DNA of 64,000 nucleotides from Chloroflexota bacterium (GTDB lineage Bacteria; Chloroflexota; UBA11872; VXOZ01). Below are positions 38,996 through 51,319 of the stretch, piece after piece. Below the pieces are notes generated by a model that worked only from the letters and a program-made list of their open reading frames with translations, did no database searches and had not been told where the DNA came from. The stretch is from assembly GCA_963662335.2 (NCBI GenBank), contig CAXXVD010000003.1:32001-96000 (forward strand), written 5' to 3'. A program made the translations under genes and the position numbers. Within the stretch, counting starts at the first letter, position 1. Each line of letters begins with the position of its first letter.

Positions 38996-39100
38996 AGTTT
39001 TCGCCACTCCTTTTCGCTACTATGGACGCGCAAATATGGCTAAAGGATAGTGAAATGTTGGGGACGTGTCAACGTAAGGGCGTTGCGGCGCGCGCTGTGT

Positions 39101-39559
39101 CTACCCGTGCGGCTGGCGCCCGCGAGAGGCGCACCACTCTTCATACGACGGCACGTCCTCACCGACGACGTAGAGGAAGTAGTACGCGCCGGTCTCGCCC
39201 AGGAAGCCGAAGCGCTTGCGCAGGTCTTTGACCGTGGGCTCGAAACCGCCGTGGGAACGCAGGTAGGCCTGAAAGCTGCCGTGTTCTGCTTCCAGGTCGC
39301 GCATTGCCTGGGCGTTCTTTACGATGGCCGCCAGCTTGCGCCGGTTGCGGATGACGCGCTTGTCTTGCGCCAGTTCGTCCAGTTCCTTCTCGCTCAGGAA
39401 GGCAATGGCGACCGGGTCGAAGTCGTGCATTGCCGCCGTGATGTCGGGCCACTTTGCTTCAACCACGGCCCACGACATGCCGCTGTGGAAGACGGCCTTG
39501 CACATGACCGCAAGGTAATCGGCAAGACTCTGCGGTTCGATTTGCTGCGGGGCTTCCAT
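39101..39559 (-). CDS. tag: DNA-3-methyladenine glycosylase I family
   Basis: FHSGMSW, IRNRRK..A...NA and KRFGFLG motifs. Confidence 0.85.
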   Translation of the reverse strand: MEAPQQIEPQSLADYLAVMCKAVFHSGMSWAVVEAKWPDITAAMHDFDPVAIAFLSEKELDELAQDKRVIRNRRKLAAIVKNAQAMRDLEAEHGSFQAYLRSHGGFEPTVKDLRKRFGFLGETGAYYFLYVVGEDVPSYEEWCASRGRQPHG

Positions 39560-39919
39560 GGTTTGCCTTTCCTAGCGGTCGGGGATGCTGAACGAGGATG
39601 CGCGCCGCCGGGGGAATGCACAGGCGACGGCTCCAGTATGGCGCATTTGGCGGGGCCGGGGCAAGCGGGGCGCGCCGTCATTGGTCGTAGGCGGCGCGCT
39701 CTGTCATTCCCGCGCACGCGGGAATCCACTGCGTGGGCGGCGAAGATGGATTCCCGCGTGCGCGGGAATGACGGATTCCGTCGCGCTATTCTCAGCGCAA
39801 TGTCGGCCAGGCCAATGGCCCGCTGCGCGGCAGCGGCGGCGGGGAATGCCGGGGCCGCGTTTGTGGGATAGCGCGGGGAGTCGCTATAATCAATGTGACA
39901 CAGAATGAAAGGCGGCACG

Positions 39920-40234
39920 GTGGCAGAGAATCAAGCGGAAGACGCGGCGATTACCCGCGCCGAGGTGCGGCACGTGGCGAACCTGGCGCGGCTGGCGCTT
40001 TCGGCGGAAGAGGAAGCGCGTTTCCAGCAGCAACTGAGCGGCGTTTTCGCGCACTTTCAGCAGCTCAGCGCGTTGGATACGGAGCGGATTCCGCCCACGG
40101 CGCAGGTTATTCCGCTTAAGAACGTGATGCGGCCGGACGCAGTTGCGCCCTCGCTAGCGGCGGCGGACGTCCTCGCCAACGCGCCGGAGCGCGAGGGCGA
40201 TCAGTTCCGCGTGCGCGCCATCTTGGATTTCTAG
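39920..40234 (+). CDS. gatC: Asp/Glu-tRNA amidotransferase subunit C
   Basis: EVRHVANLARL...NVMRPD...LANAP. Confidence 0.95.
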   Translation: MAENQAEDAAITRAEVRHVANLARLALSAEEEARFQQQLSGVFAHFQQLSALDTERIPPTAQVIPLKNVMRPDAVAPSLAAADVLANAPEREGDQFRVRAILDF

Positions 40235-40407
40235 CGGCTTGGCGGCGCGGTCTTGCTCTTGTCGTCTTACGCTGATTTCTACACCCTCTCCCTCAGGGAG
40301 AGGGGACAAGAGCCAGACTTAGCCCTCTTTGTCAGGGAGAGGGGACAAGAACGGGCTTGGTTGTCTGGCAAGTTAGTCGAGAGTTAATCGAGAAACGGCA
40401 TTAATCT

Positions 40408-41894
40408 TTGAACCTCAGCGCACTGACCGTCCGCAAGGCCCAAGAGCGGCTGCGCGGCGGCGATATTACGTCTCTGGAATTAACCGAGGCCGTCCTGGCG
40501 CGGATCGAGGACGTCGACGAGACGATTCAGGCCTACGTGACCGTGACCGCCGAGCGGGCGCGGGCGCAGGCGCGGGCGGCGGATGCACGCCGCGCGCAGA
40601 ACGGCGCTGGCGGGGACACCGGCGTCCCGCCGCTGCTGGGCATTCCCGCCGCCATCAAGGACGTGGTGAGCACCAAGGGCGTGCGCACCACCTGCTCCTC
40701 CCGCATCCTGGAGAACTACGTGCCGCCCTACGACGCGACCGTGATGGAGAAGCTGAACGCGCAGGGCAGCGTGCTGGTGGGCAAGACGAACATGGACGAG
40801 TTCGCCATGGGTTCCAGCACGGAGCACTCGGCCTTCTTTCCCACCCGCAATCCCTGGGATACGGAGCGGGTGCCGGGCGGCTCCAGCGGCGGTTCGGCGG
40901 CGGCGGTGGCCGCGGACGAGGCGCTCTTTGCATTGGGCTCCGATACCGGCGGTTCGATACGCCAGCCGGCGGCCCTCTGCGGCGTGGTGGGCATGAAACC
41001 CACCTACGGCCGCGTCTCGCGCTACGGCCTGGTGGCGTTTGCCTCATCGCTGGACCAGATCGGCCCGCTCACCAAGGACGTTACCGACTGCGCCATCGTG
41101 CTGGCGGCGATCTGCGGCCACGACCTCCGCGACGCCACGTCCGCGCCGGAGCCGGTCCCCGACTGGCCGGAGGAGATGAAGCGCGACGTGCGCGGCCTGC
41201 GAGTGGGCGTGCCGCGGGAGTACTTTGGCGAGGGCATCGACCCGGCGGTCGAGCAGGCGGTGCGCGGCGCGATCGCGCAATTGGCGGCCTTGGGCGTGGA
41301 GGTGGAGGACGTCTCCCTGCCGCACACGGAGCACGCGCTGGCCACCTACTACATCATCGCGCCGGCGGAGGCCAGCGCGAACCTGGCGCGCTACGACGGC
41401 ATCAGGTACGGCTACGCCGCCCAGGACGCCGCGACCATGTGGGAGGCCTATAGCCGCACGCGCGGCGAGGGCTTCGGTTCGGAGGTGAAGCGGCGCATCC
41501 TCATCGGCGCGCACGCGCTCTCCAGCGGCTACTACGACGCCTACTACCTGAAAGCGCAGAAAGCGCGGACGCTGATCGCGGCGGACTTCGAGCAGGCGTT
41601 TACGCGGGTGGACGCCATCGTCTGCCCCACCTCCGCGACCGTGGCCTTCAAGATTGGCGAACGCCTGGACGATCCGTTGAGCATGTACCTCTCCGACTTG
41701 TACACCCTGCCCGGCAACGTGGCGGGACTGCCCGGCATTTCGCTGCCGTGCGGCCTGGTGGACGGGCTGCCGGTAGGGTTACAATTTGTGGGCCGGCCGT
41801 TCGACGAAACTACCCTCTTGCGGTTGGCGTACGCCTACGAGCAAGCCGGCGGCACGCGCTATACACCCGCCCTCTCTCAAGGAGCATCACACAC

Positions 41895-41898
<4 letters not shown>
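40408..41898 (+). CDS. gatA: Asp/Glu-tRNA amidotransferase subunit A
   Basis: [34 protein letters not shown] and GYYDAYY motifs. Confidence 0.98.
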
Positions 41899-43106
<1,208 letters not shown>

Positions 43107-43158
43107 CGCAGGTTTGTAGTTTGCGACTTGGTAGCGCAGGTTTGCAACCTGCGCACAA

Positions 43159-44640
43159 ATGGAGACGAATTTCGTGGAGACTGCCGTAGCGGAGAAATAC
43201 CGCACCGTCATCGGCCTGGAGTTTCACGTCCAGCTTCTGACGCGGAGCAAGATGTTCTGCGCGTGCAGCGCGCAGTACGCCGCCAACCCGCCGAATACGG
43301 TGGTTTGCCCGGTCTGCCTCGGCTTGCCCGGCGCGCTGCCGGTCATCAACGAGAAGGTGATCGAGTGCATCGTGATGACGGGCATGGCGTTGAACTGCGC
43401 GATTCCCGAGTTCGCCAAGTTCGACCGCAAGAACTATCCCTATCCCGACCTGCCCAAGGGCTACCAGATTTCGCAGTACGACCTACCCTTCTGCATCGAG
43501 GGCCACCTGACCCTGGATGAAGAAGGCGGCGGGCGCACCATTGGCATCACGCGCGTGCACCAGGAGGAGGACACCGCCAAGTCCACCCACGTCACGGCGG
43601 ACAGCGGCGAGCGCTACTCGCTGGTGGACTTCAACCGCTCAGGCGTGCCCCTGATGGAGGTGGTGACCGAGCCGGACATCGCCTCGCCTGAAGAAGCGGC
43701 GGCCTTTGGCCGCAAACTGCGCCAGATCGTGCGCTATCTCGGCATCTCCACCGGCAACATGGAAGACGGCGCTATGCGCTGCGACGCCAATATCTCGGTC
43801 TGGCCGGCGGACGCGCCCACCGGCAACATCAAGGTGGAAGTGAAGAACATGAACTCGTTCCGCGCCGTGGAGCGGGCGCTGCGCTACGAGCAGGAACGGC
43901 AGACCCGCATCCTGGAGAGCGGCGCCGATACCCGCGTGACCGAGACCCGCGGCTGGGTGGAAACCAGCGGCGAGACCGTCTCCCAGCGCACCAAAGAGGA
44001 AGCCCACGACTACCGCTACTTTCCCGAACCGGACCTGCCGCCGCTGGAACTCGCGCGGGAATGGGTGGACGCCGTGCGGGAGCAACTGCCGGAGTTGCCC
44101 GCAGCCAAGAAGCAGCGCTTCATGAGCGAGTATGACCTCTCGGCCTACGACGCGGGCCTGCTCACGCAATCGCGGGAGTTGGCGGACTATTTTGAGGCAG
44201 CGGCGTTGCGCGCTAAGAGCGCGAAGGCCGTCGCGAATTGGATGTCGCGCAATCTGCTGCGGCGGCTCAATGAGTCGGACACCGAGCTCAGTGACTGCAA
44301 GATTGCGCCGGATGCGCTGGGCGAGTTGGTGCTGCTCATCGAATCGGGCGCAATCAGCAACCGCACCGCGCAGGAAGTCTTCGACGCGATGTTCGACACC
44401 GGCAAGAGCGCGCAAGCGATCGTCGCGGAGCAGGGCCTGGGGCAAATCAGCGACGAGGACGCGCTAGAGGAAATTGCCGCCAAAGTCATTGCGGAAAACC
44501 CCGCTGCTGTGCAAGACTTTAAACAGGGGAAGAAGCGCGCCGTCGGCTTCCTGGTCGGCCAGGTGATGAAGGCCACCCGCGGCAAGGCGAACCCCGGCAT
44601 CGTCAACCAAAAGCTGCAAGCGATGCTGCGCCGCGTTTGA
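43159..44640 (+). CDS. gatB: Asp/Glu-tRNA amidotransferase subunit B
   Basis: IGLEFHVQL, FDRKNYPYPDLPKGYQISQ and YRYFPEPDL motifs. Confidence 0.98.
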   Translation: METNFVETAVAEKYRTVIGLEFHVQLLTRSKMFCACSAQYAANPPNTVVCPVCLGLPGALPVINEKVIECIVMTGMALNCAIPEFAKFDRKNYPYPDLPKGYQISQYDLPFCIEGHLTLDEEGGGRTIGITRVHQEEDTAKSTHVTADSGERYSLVDFNRSGVPLMEVVTEPDIASPEEAAAFGRKLRQIVRYLGISTGNMEDGAMRCDANISVWPADAPTGNIKVEVKNMNSFRAVERALRYEQERQTRILESGADTRVTETRGWVETSGETVSQRTKEEAHDYRYFPEPDLPPLELAREWVDAVREQLPELPAAKKQRFMSEYDLSAYDAGLLTQSRELADYFEAAALRAKSAKAVANWMSRNLLRRLNESDTELSDCKIAPDALGELVLLIESGAISNRTAQEVFDAMFDTGKSAQAIVAEQGLGQISDEDALEEIAAKVIAENPAAVQDFKQGKKRAVGFLVGQVMKATRGKANPGIVNQKLQAMLRRV

Positions 44641-44765
44641 ACGCCTTGCGGCCCGTGCGCGCGAGACGCCGCGTCCTTGCGCTAGTCCGCCCGGCTCGAC
44701 GGAGAGCCGGAAGCTGTGCGCGGTTACCCCGGCAGAGACGCCGGCGACTGAGGAGGCAAAGTAGC

Positions 44766-46034
44766 ATGGCCGAACTTATCGAACAGCAACCCCGCGTCAA
44801 TCCGCTCACGATCGCGCTTGATCAATTCGACCGCACGGCGGAGATCCTGCACCTGGACGACGACATGCGCAAGGTGCTGCGCGTCCCCAAGCGCGAACTC
44901 ACGGTCAACTTTCCGGTGCGCATGGACGATGGCCGGCTGGAGATGTTCGCCGGCTACCGGGTGCAGCACAACGTGAACCGCGGCCCGGCCAAGGGTGGCA
45001 TCCGCTTTGCCCCGGACGTGGACATCGAGGAGGTGCGCGCCCTGGCCATGTGGATGACGTGGAAGTGCGCGCTCGTCGGCATTCCCTACGGCGGCGCGAA
45101 AGGCGGCGTGGCCTGCAATCCCAAGCAACTCTCCCGCACCGAACTGGAAGGCCTGACCCGCCGCTTTACCACCGAAATCTACACGCTCATCGGCCCGGAA
45201 TCCGACATCCCCGCGCCCGACATGAACACGGATTCGCAGATCATGGCCTGGATCATGGATACCTACAGCATGCAGAAGGGGTACTCCGTGCCGGCGGTGG
45301 TGACCGGCAAGCCGTTGGGCATCGGCGGCAGCGCCGGCCGCACCGAGGCCACCGGCCGCGGCGTGACCTACGTGCTGGAAGAGGTGCTGGGCCATTACGG
45401 CGAGCGCATCGCGGGCAAGACCGTCGCCATTCAGGGCTTTGGCAACGTGGGGGCGCACGCCGCCGAGTTGCTGGCGGCCCAAGGGGCGAAGGTGGTGGCA
45501 ATCTCGGACGTGAGCGGCGCGGTCTACAACGCGCGCGGGCTTGACATCAACGCGGCGCTGCAAATCAAGAACGAGGGCGTGCTGGTGAGCGACCTGCCCG
45601 GCGGCGAGCGCATCAGCAACGACGAACTGCTGGAACTGCCGGTGGACATCCTGGTGCCGGCCGCCGTGCACGGCCAGCTTACGGCGGAGAACGCCGAACA
45701 CATCCGCGCCCGCTACGTCGCCGAGGCCGCCAACGGCCCCACCACGCCAGAGGCGGACGAAATGCTCCGCGAGCGCGGCGTCACGGTCATTCCCGACGTG
45801 CTCTGCAACGCCGGCGGCGTGACCGTCTCCTACTTCGAGTGGGTGCAGGGCCTCCAGTCGTTCTTCTGGGAGATCGAGCAAATCCGGCGGCGGCTGAAGA
45901 GCATCCTCAGCCGCGCCACCCGCGAGACCATCGCCACCGCGGAGAAGTACGACGTGGACTTGCGCATGGGCGCGTCCGCCCTGGGCGTGAGCCGGGTGGC
46001 CGAGGCGACGCTGTCCCGTGGGATCTACCCCTAG
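44766..46034 (+). CDS. gdhA: glutamate dehydrogenase
   Basis: RGPAKGGIRF, GGAKGG, PAPDMNT, GFGNVG and NAGGVTVSYFEW motifs. Confidence 0.93.
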   Translation: MAELIEQQPRVNPLTIALDQFDRTAEILHLDDDMRKVLRVPKRELTVNFPVRMDDGRLEMFAGYRVQHNVNRGPAKGGIRFAPDVDIEEVRALAMWMTWKCALVGIPYGGAKGGVACNPKQLSRTELEGLTRRFTTEIYTLIGPESDIPAPDMNTDSQIMAWIMDTYSMQKGYSVPAVVTGKPLGIGGSAGRTEATGRGVTYVLEEVLGHYGERIAGKTVAIQGFGNVGAHAAELLAAQGAKVVAISDVSGAVYNARGLDINAALQIKNEGVLVSDLPGGERISNDELLELPVDILVPAAVHGQLTAENAEHIRARYVAEAANGPTTPEADEMLRERGVTVIPDVLCNAGGVTVSYFEWVQGLQSFFWEIEQIRRRLKSILSRATRETIATAEKYDVDLRMGASALGVSRVAEATLSRGIYP

Positions 46035-46308
46035 AGGATGTTTGCGCAAGCACCGTTCGTGCTGAGCACTTCGACGAGCTCAGTACAGGCCTGGCGAAGC
46101 GCGAACGGCGCTTCGCCATCTCCCGGCAACCCCGTTTACCCTGCGACGCGGCTCAGGACTGCGACCCTTCGGCAAGTTCAGGGCGAACGGTTAAGGGAAT
46201 CTGTCGTTGGTTCGACGTGACTTTGCTTTCGTGTAACGCGCTTGGTACTTTGGGTGAGTGCTATCGGCCCGCGCTTGCGTCAGCGTTCAGCCAACGAAAG
46301 GTCAACTC

Positions 46309-48264
46309 ATGAACATTCGCGCCTACCTCTGCCAGGAAGCCCGCCGTATGCATGCCGAGTCGCTGCAAGATCTGCCTGCGCCCAACGATTGGACGCAGGC
46401 GCGGGAGGAGTGGCTGGCGCAGTACTACGCCATGATGGGCGTGTCCAGCCACATGGCGCTGGCGGAGCGGCCGCCGCTCAATGTGCAGATTACCAAAGAG
46501 ACCGAGCGCGACGGCTACCGCATCCAGAACCTGCACTACGAGGCCCTGCCCGGCCTCTACGTCACCGGCAACCTCTATCTCCCCACGAACGTTGCCGGGC
46601 CTGTGCCGGGCGTGCTCTACGTTTGCGGCCACGCCCAGAAGCAGAAAGAGCACTACCAGGCGCATCCGCGCAAGTTCGCCCAACTCGGTTTCGCCTGCCT
46701 GCTGGTGGAGACCATCCAGCTTGGCGAGATCGAGGGACACCACCACGGCACCTTTCATCGCGGCTGGTTCAACTGGTACAGCCAGGGCTACACGCCGGCC
46801 GGCGTGGAACTCTGGAACGGCGTGCGGGCGCTCGACCTGCTGGCGGGGCTGCCGGCAGTCGACGGCGACCGTATGGGAGTTACCGGCATCTCCGGCGGCG
46901 GCGCGGTAAGTTGGTGGGTGGCCGCCGCGGACGAGCGCGTGCGGGTAGTCGCGCCGGTCTGCGGCACGGCCACGTTTGCCTCCCACGTCTGCGAGCGCAC
47001 CGTGGACGGCCACTGCGACTGCATGTTCTTCGTGAACGCCTACGGTTGGGAACTGGCGGACGTGGCCCGCCTGATCGCGCCGCGGCCCATGCTCATCGGC
47101 TCGGCCAACCGCGACGGCATCTTCCACATCCGCGCCATCCGCGAGACCTTTGCCGGCACGAAAGCCATCTACGACCACCTGGGCGCGAGCGATAACGTGC
47201 GCCTGGTGGAGACGCCCGGCCCCCACTCCTACCACGCCAATTCGCGGCGCGCCATCTTCTCGTGGTTCCTGCGGCATCTGGAAGGAAAAGAGGTGTCGGA
47301 GGAAGCGGTGGGCGACGTCGACGAGAGTCCTGATGCGCAAGAGGACGCGGCCACGCTGCGGGTCTACGGCAACGGCGTGCCGCCCGCCGAGCGGGTCTCG
47401 ACCATCCAGGAAGATTTCTTTACCTTGCCGGAACTGCCGAGCATTTCTACGGCGGAAGAGTTGGCGGCCGCGCGGAAGCAGGCGCGCGCCGGCCTCAAAG
47501 AGACCTCGTTCCGCCACTTTCCCGCTGCGCCGTGCGCGCTGGACGCGGAAGTGGAGTATGAAATCGGGCGCGGCGACGCGGTGGCGGGCGGCAGGTTCGC
47601 CTTTACGCCGGAGGGCGGCTGGCGCTTGCACGGCGCGTGGACGTTGCCGGAAGCCGGCACCGACGCGCCGGCCGTGCTCGCGCTGCGCGCGCCCCACGAG
47701 CCGCGCAAAGCTACCGAAGAGTGGCTGCAAGGGTTCGATGGCTCTTGGGCGCGGGTGGCGGCGGAGCCGCGCGGCACGGGCGACACCGCCTGGGGCGCGG
47801 AACTCGACTGGCACGTGCGCCGGGCCGCCATGCTCACCGGCCGCACCATCGCCTCCATGCAGGTCTACGACGCCCTGCGCGCGCTGGAAGCCCTTGCGCA
47901 TTTGCCCGGCGTTGACGGCACGCGGGTTGCCCTGGCGGGACGCGGCCAAATGGCGGTGGTGGCGCTCTACGCGGCTTTGCTCCACGGCAACGTGGCGGCG
48001 CTTATCTTGAGCGACCTGCCGCCGTCCCTCAGCGCGCCCTCTAATCCCGACGGCAGCGGCATTGCCAGCGAGATTCTCTTTGCGTTGCAACACGCCGACC
48101 TGCCCCAGGCCGCCGGCCTGCTCTGGCCCACGGAATTGGTCTTCCTCGGCCCGCGCCCCGGCACGTTCGGCTGGACGGAAGATCTCTATCACCGCCTCGG
48201 CGCGCCGGGCAAGATACGCCACGTGATGAATCTTGGGCAGTGGCAGCCCGGCGCCACCGTCTAG
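46309..48264 (+). CDS. two-domain alpha/beta hydrolase (acetyl xylan esterase-like)
   Basis: VCGH and GISGGG motifs; degenerate second hydrolase domain. Confidence 0.8.
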   Translation: MNIRAYLCQEARRMHAESLQDLPAPNDWTQAREEWLAQYYAMMGVSSHMALAERPPLNVQITKETERDGYRIQNLHYEALPGLYVTGNLYLPTNVAGPVPGVLYVCGHAQKQKEHYQAHPRKFAQLGFACLLVETIQLGEIEGHHHGTFHRGWFNWYSQGYTPAGVELWNGVRALDLLAGLPAVDGDRMGVTGISGGGAVSWWVAAADERVRVVAPVCGTATFASHVCERTVDGHCDCMFFVNAYGWELADVARLIAPRPMLIGSANRDGIFHIRAIRETFAGTKAIYDHLGASDNVRLVETPGPHSYHANSRRAIFSWFLRHLEGKEVSEEAVGDVDESPDAQEDAATLRVYGNGVPPAERVSTIQEDFFTLPELPSISTAEELAAARKQARAGLKETSFRHFPAAPCALDAEVEYEIGRGDAVAGGRFAFTPEGGWRLHGAWTLPEAGTDAPAVLALRAPHEPRKATEEWLQGFDGSWARVAAEPRGTGDTAWGAELDWHVRRAAMLTGRTIASMQVYDALRALEALAHLPGVDGTRVALAGRGQMAVVALYAALLHGNVAALILSDLPPSLSAPSNPDGSGIASEILFALQHADLPQAAGLLWPTELVFLGPRPGTFGWTEDLYHRLGAPGKIRHVMNLGQWQPGATV

Positions 48265-48379
48265 ACTTTCGGAGAGCCGTCTTGTCCCATTTCCCATTGG
48301 GAGAGTGTTTGGGTGAGGGGAATTGAAGTGTAGGGGCACGACATGTCGTGCCCCTACACCGTGTCTGCGGACCGCGGCG

Positions 48380-49876
48380 CTACCCAGCCGTTCCGCGTCC
48401 CTCCGGCACCACGTGGCCTGTCGGATCGGGCCACTGATAGACTCCGGGCCGCATGGTCTGGAGGGCGCTCACTACCGTTTGCGGGCCTTCCTGGGCCACC
48501 TTCTTCAGCGGGTCGGGCCAACCCTGGAGTTGCTGCTCTTCCCACTGCCAGAGGCGGTATTCCAGGTCCCGCGTGACTTCGGGATGGGCTTCAGCCACGT
48601 TCCGCTCTTCCCGCGGGTCGTTCGCCAGGTCGAAAAGCTGGGTTAGCGGCCAGTTCATGAGCCCGCCGTGGTAGCTCTTGATGAGCTTCCAATCGCGCCC
48701 GTCGGCCGCGCCGATAGTGCGGATTGCCCGCTGCGCCGACCACAGGCCGTGTTCCAAGTACACGTAGTCGCGCCGGGGGTCAGGCTCCGGCTCGCCGCGC
48801 AGCATCCCCAGCAGCGAGCGCCCCTGCCAGCCCGCCGGGGTTTCCAGGCCGGCCACGTCGCAGAGGGTCGGGCCAATATCCAGGGTATAGCCGGCCGCGT
48901 CCACCACCGTGCCCGGCGCAATGCCGCCGCCCGGCCAGCGCGCCAGCAGCCAGATGTGGGCGTCGGTCTCGTAGACGCCCCAGTGGTCGCCGTAGACGCT
49001 GTGCTCGCCCTGGTTCTCGCCGTGGTCGGTGGCGGCAATGACAAAGGTGTCGTCCAGCACGCCCGCTTGCTCCAGCGCGTCCAGCAGCCGCCCCACGTAT
49101 TCGTCGCAAAAGGCAATCTCCGCGTCGTACATCGCCAGCCAGTAGTCGAAGTCCGCCTTGCCCCAGATGCGGTGCGAGCCGGCGGAATTCGGCATGTGGG
49201 CGTAGCGCGCGGCATCTTCCCGGATTCGTTCGTCCGGCGGCCAGTCCGGCGGCGGATAGGCCAGCATGGTATCCACGTACGATTGTGGCGACTTGTATGA
49301 CTGATGCGGGTCCCAATAGTGAACGTACAAGAAGAAGTCGTCCTGGGCGTGATCTGCCAGCCAGGCGAGGGCGTGGGCGGTAATTTCCGGCGCTTGCACG
49401 CGGCTGTGCGCCAGATGCCATTGGGGCCGGTAGTACGCATTCCAGCCCGTGCGGAACCAGGAAGCCTGGTCCGCGAACGTGGAGACCGCCGCCGTGCGCA
49501 AGCCCGCCGGGCCCTTGTGCGCGGCCAGATGCTGCTGCACCTGCGGCACGCGGCTGCCTATAGGCGGATACGTTGGCCCGGCGTAGCGGGCGTCCTGTTC
49601 CCAGGGCTTGGTGTTCAGTTCACCCGCCGGACGCCCGTAGTCGCCAATCGCCTGCGCCCGCTCGCCGTGGGTGAGCAGGCCGGTCTTGATGCCCCAGCGG
49701 CCCGTGAAGATGCTGGCGCGCGCCGGCACGCAGGGCGTATCGGCGGCGTACATGTGTGTGAAGCGCGCCCCTTCCGCCGCAATGCGGTCGAGGTTGGGCG
49801 TGGTGGGCCGGGCGTAGCCGTAGCAGCCGATGTGGTCCCGGCGCAGGGAGTCGATGTCTATGTAGAGGACTTTCAT
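48380..49876 (-). CDS. sulfatase
   Basis: DSLRRD, CVPAR formylglycine motif, DPH, DHGE and DPRE. Confidence 0.93.
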   Translation of the reverse strand: MKVLYIDIDSLRRDHIGCYGYARPTTPNLDRIAAEGARFTHMYAADTPCVPARASIFTGRWGIKTGLLTHGERAQAIGDYGRPAGELNTKPWEQDARYAGPTYPPIGSRVPQVQQHLAAHKGPAGLRTAAVSTFADQASWFRTGWNAYYRPQWHLAHSRVQAPEITAHALAWLADHAQDDFFLYVHYWDPHQSYKSPQSYVDTMLAYPPPDWPPDERIREDAARYAHMPNSAGSHRIWGKADFDYWLAMYDAEIAFCDEYVGRLLDALEQAGVLDDTFVIAATDHGENQGEHSVYGDHWGVYETDAHIWLLARWPGGGIAPGTVVDAAGYTLDIGPTLCDVAGLETPAGWQGRSLLGMLRGEPEPDPRRDYVYLEHGLWSAQRAIRTIGAADGRDWKLIKSYHGGLMNWPLTQLFDLANDPREERNVAEAHPEVTRDLEYRLWQWEEQQLQGWPDPLKKVAQEGPQTVVSALQTMRPGVYQWPDPTGHVVPEGRGTAG

Positions 49877-49913
49877 CTCTATACCGGAATGACCGTCGTC
49901 TCCTTGCCTTCCC

Positions 49914-50072
49914 GTAGCGCGGGGGCTTGTCCCCCGCCGGAGCCATTGAAACTGACACGCACAGGATTGACTCAACAGATTCGCAGGTTACAAACCTGCG
50001 CTACCAGAAGTCTGGGACGCGAGTTTTGCTGTCTCTTTGTTTAATGCGACACCATTAGGGCTTGTCCCCCGC
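49914..50072. mobile_element. partial MITE C copy
   Basis: Two GTAG REPs, then TTAATGCGACACCATTA followed by GGGCTTGTCCCC. Confidence 0.7.
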
Positions 50073-50112
50073 CGAAACAAGGCCGCACTCGCGCAAGGCT
50101 ATACTCTAATGC

Positions 50113-51150
50113 CTATACCGGAATGACCGTCGTCTCCCGGCCCTCCCGCAGCGCCACCGCGTCGGCGATCATGCGCTGGAAGTCGTGCTGAGGCGCGTAC
50201 TTCACCCGCGATTTCGCCGCGCTGTTATCCGCCCAGTACTGCCAGCAGGCCGGGGCTTCCCAATCGAGCACCGGCAGACCGAGCAGGTCGCTGAGCACCG
50301 CCGTGCCCTCGCTGAAAGGAATCGCGTAGGGGCCGTGCATGTTAAGGGTTTCGCCAATCGCGCCGTCCTCTTCCAACGCCTGGATGATGCCGTGCACCAC
50401 GTCGCGGGCGTCGGTGCGGTGCCACAGCCAGGGATTGCCGTCGCGGTCGTGATAGTTTATCAGCAGCTTGGCGGGGTCGTCCGTGCGCTGCTTCACGGCC
50501 TCCGCGAGCTTAGCGACGTTCTCTGCCATCTCAGGATGCCACAGCGGGCCGCGCTGGGCTACACTAGCTTCACGATATTGCTGCGCAGCGATACCTGCGG
50601 TCCAGCCGTTGAATATCTCTTCCCCGGCGAGGATCGCGCCGGGACGAATGATGGTTGTCTTCAGCCCGTACTCACGGCGGTAGTGCGCCACCATTTCCTC
50701 GTTCAGCACCTTGATCATGCCGTACTCTTTGATCGGCAGGCGCGGGTGCCGCTCGTCAACCGGCGCGTAGAGCAGCGAGGGCATAGGGTAGACCGTATCG
50801 CTGCTGATGTGGACGAAGCGGTGCAGCCGGTCGCCCTGCTCCGCCACCGCTTGCAGCAGGCGCATGGTGCCGGTGGTGTTGATGTCGTAGTACGTGAATT
50901 TCTCCATGCTGGGCGGCCGGGACATGACGCACGCCGTATGCACCACGGCGTCGATCCCTGCCGCCGCCTGGGCAATGCCTTCCGTATCGTCCAGGCCGAC
51001 GTTCGCGATTTCTATATCAAAAGCGTCGAGCTTATCCGCCTTGGGGTCGCCGGGAAAAACCATGCCCCGCACCTGATGGCCCCGGGCGAGCAATTCCTTG
51101 GTCAGATTCGTACCCACGCGTCCCGACGCGCCAGAGAGCAGTATTCGCAC
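50113..51150 (-). CDS. NAD-dependent epimerase/dehydratase
   Basis: GASGRVG, SS and YGMIK motifs. Confidence 0.9.
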   Translation of the reverse strand: MRILLSGASGRVGTNLTKELLARGHQVRGMVFPGDPKADKLDAFDIEIANVGLDDTEGIAQAAAGIDAVVHTACVMSRPPSMEKFTYYDINTTGTMRLLQAVAEQGDRLHRFVHISSDTVYPMPSLLYAPVDERHPRLPIKEYGMIKVLNEEMVAHYRREYGLKTTIIRPGAILAGEEIFNGWTAGIAAQQYREASVAQRGPLWHPEMAENVAKLAEAVKQRTDDPAKLLINYHDRDGNPWLWHRTDARDVVHGIIQALEEDGAIGETLNMHGPYAIPFSEGTAVLSDLLGLPVLDWEAPACWQYWADNSAAKSRVKYAPQHDFQRMIADAVALREGRETTVIPV

Positions 51151-51319
51151 CGGCTTCACTCCTTGATTCTTTGTTAGTTTCTGGGACGATGATACGCAAG
51201 CCGCTACCTCGGCGCAATGTGACGGCACACAACGCTGAACCGCCCCTTACGCGGACAACGCGCAAGAGGCGGTTCACATTCGTCACAAGCCAAGGCGATT
51301 CTCGCCAAGCGCGCGAAGT

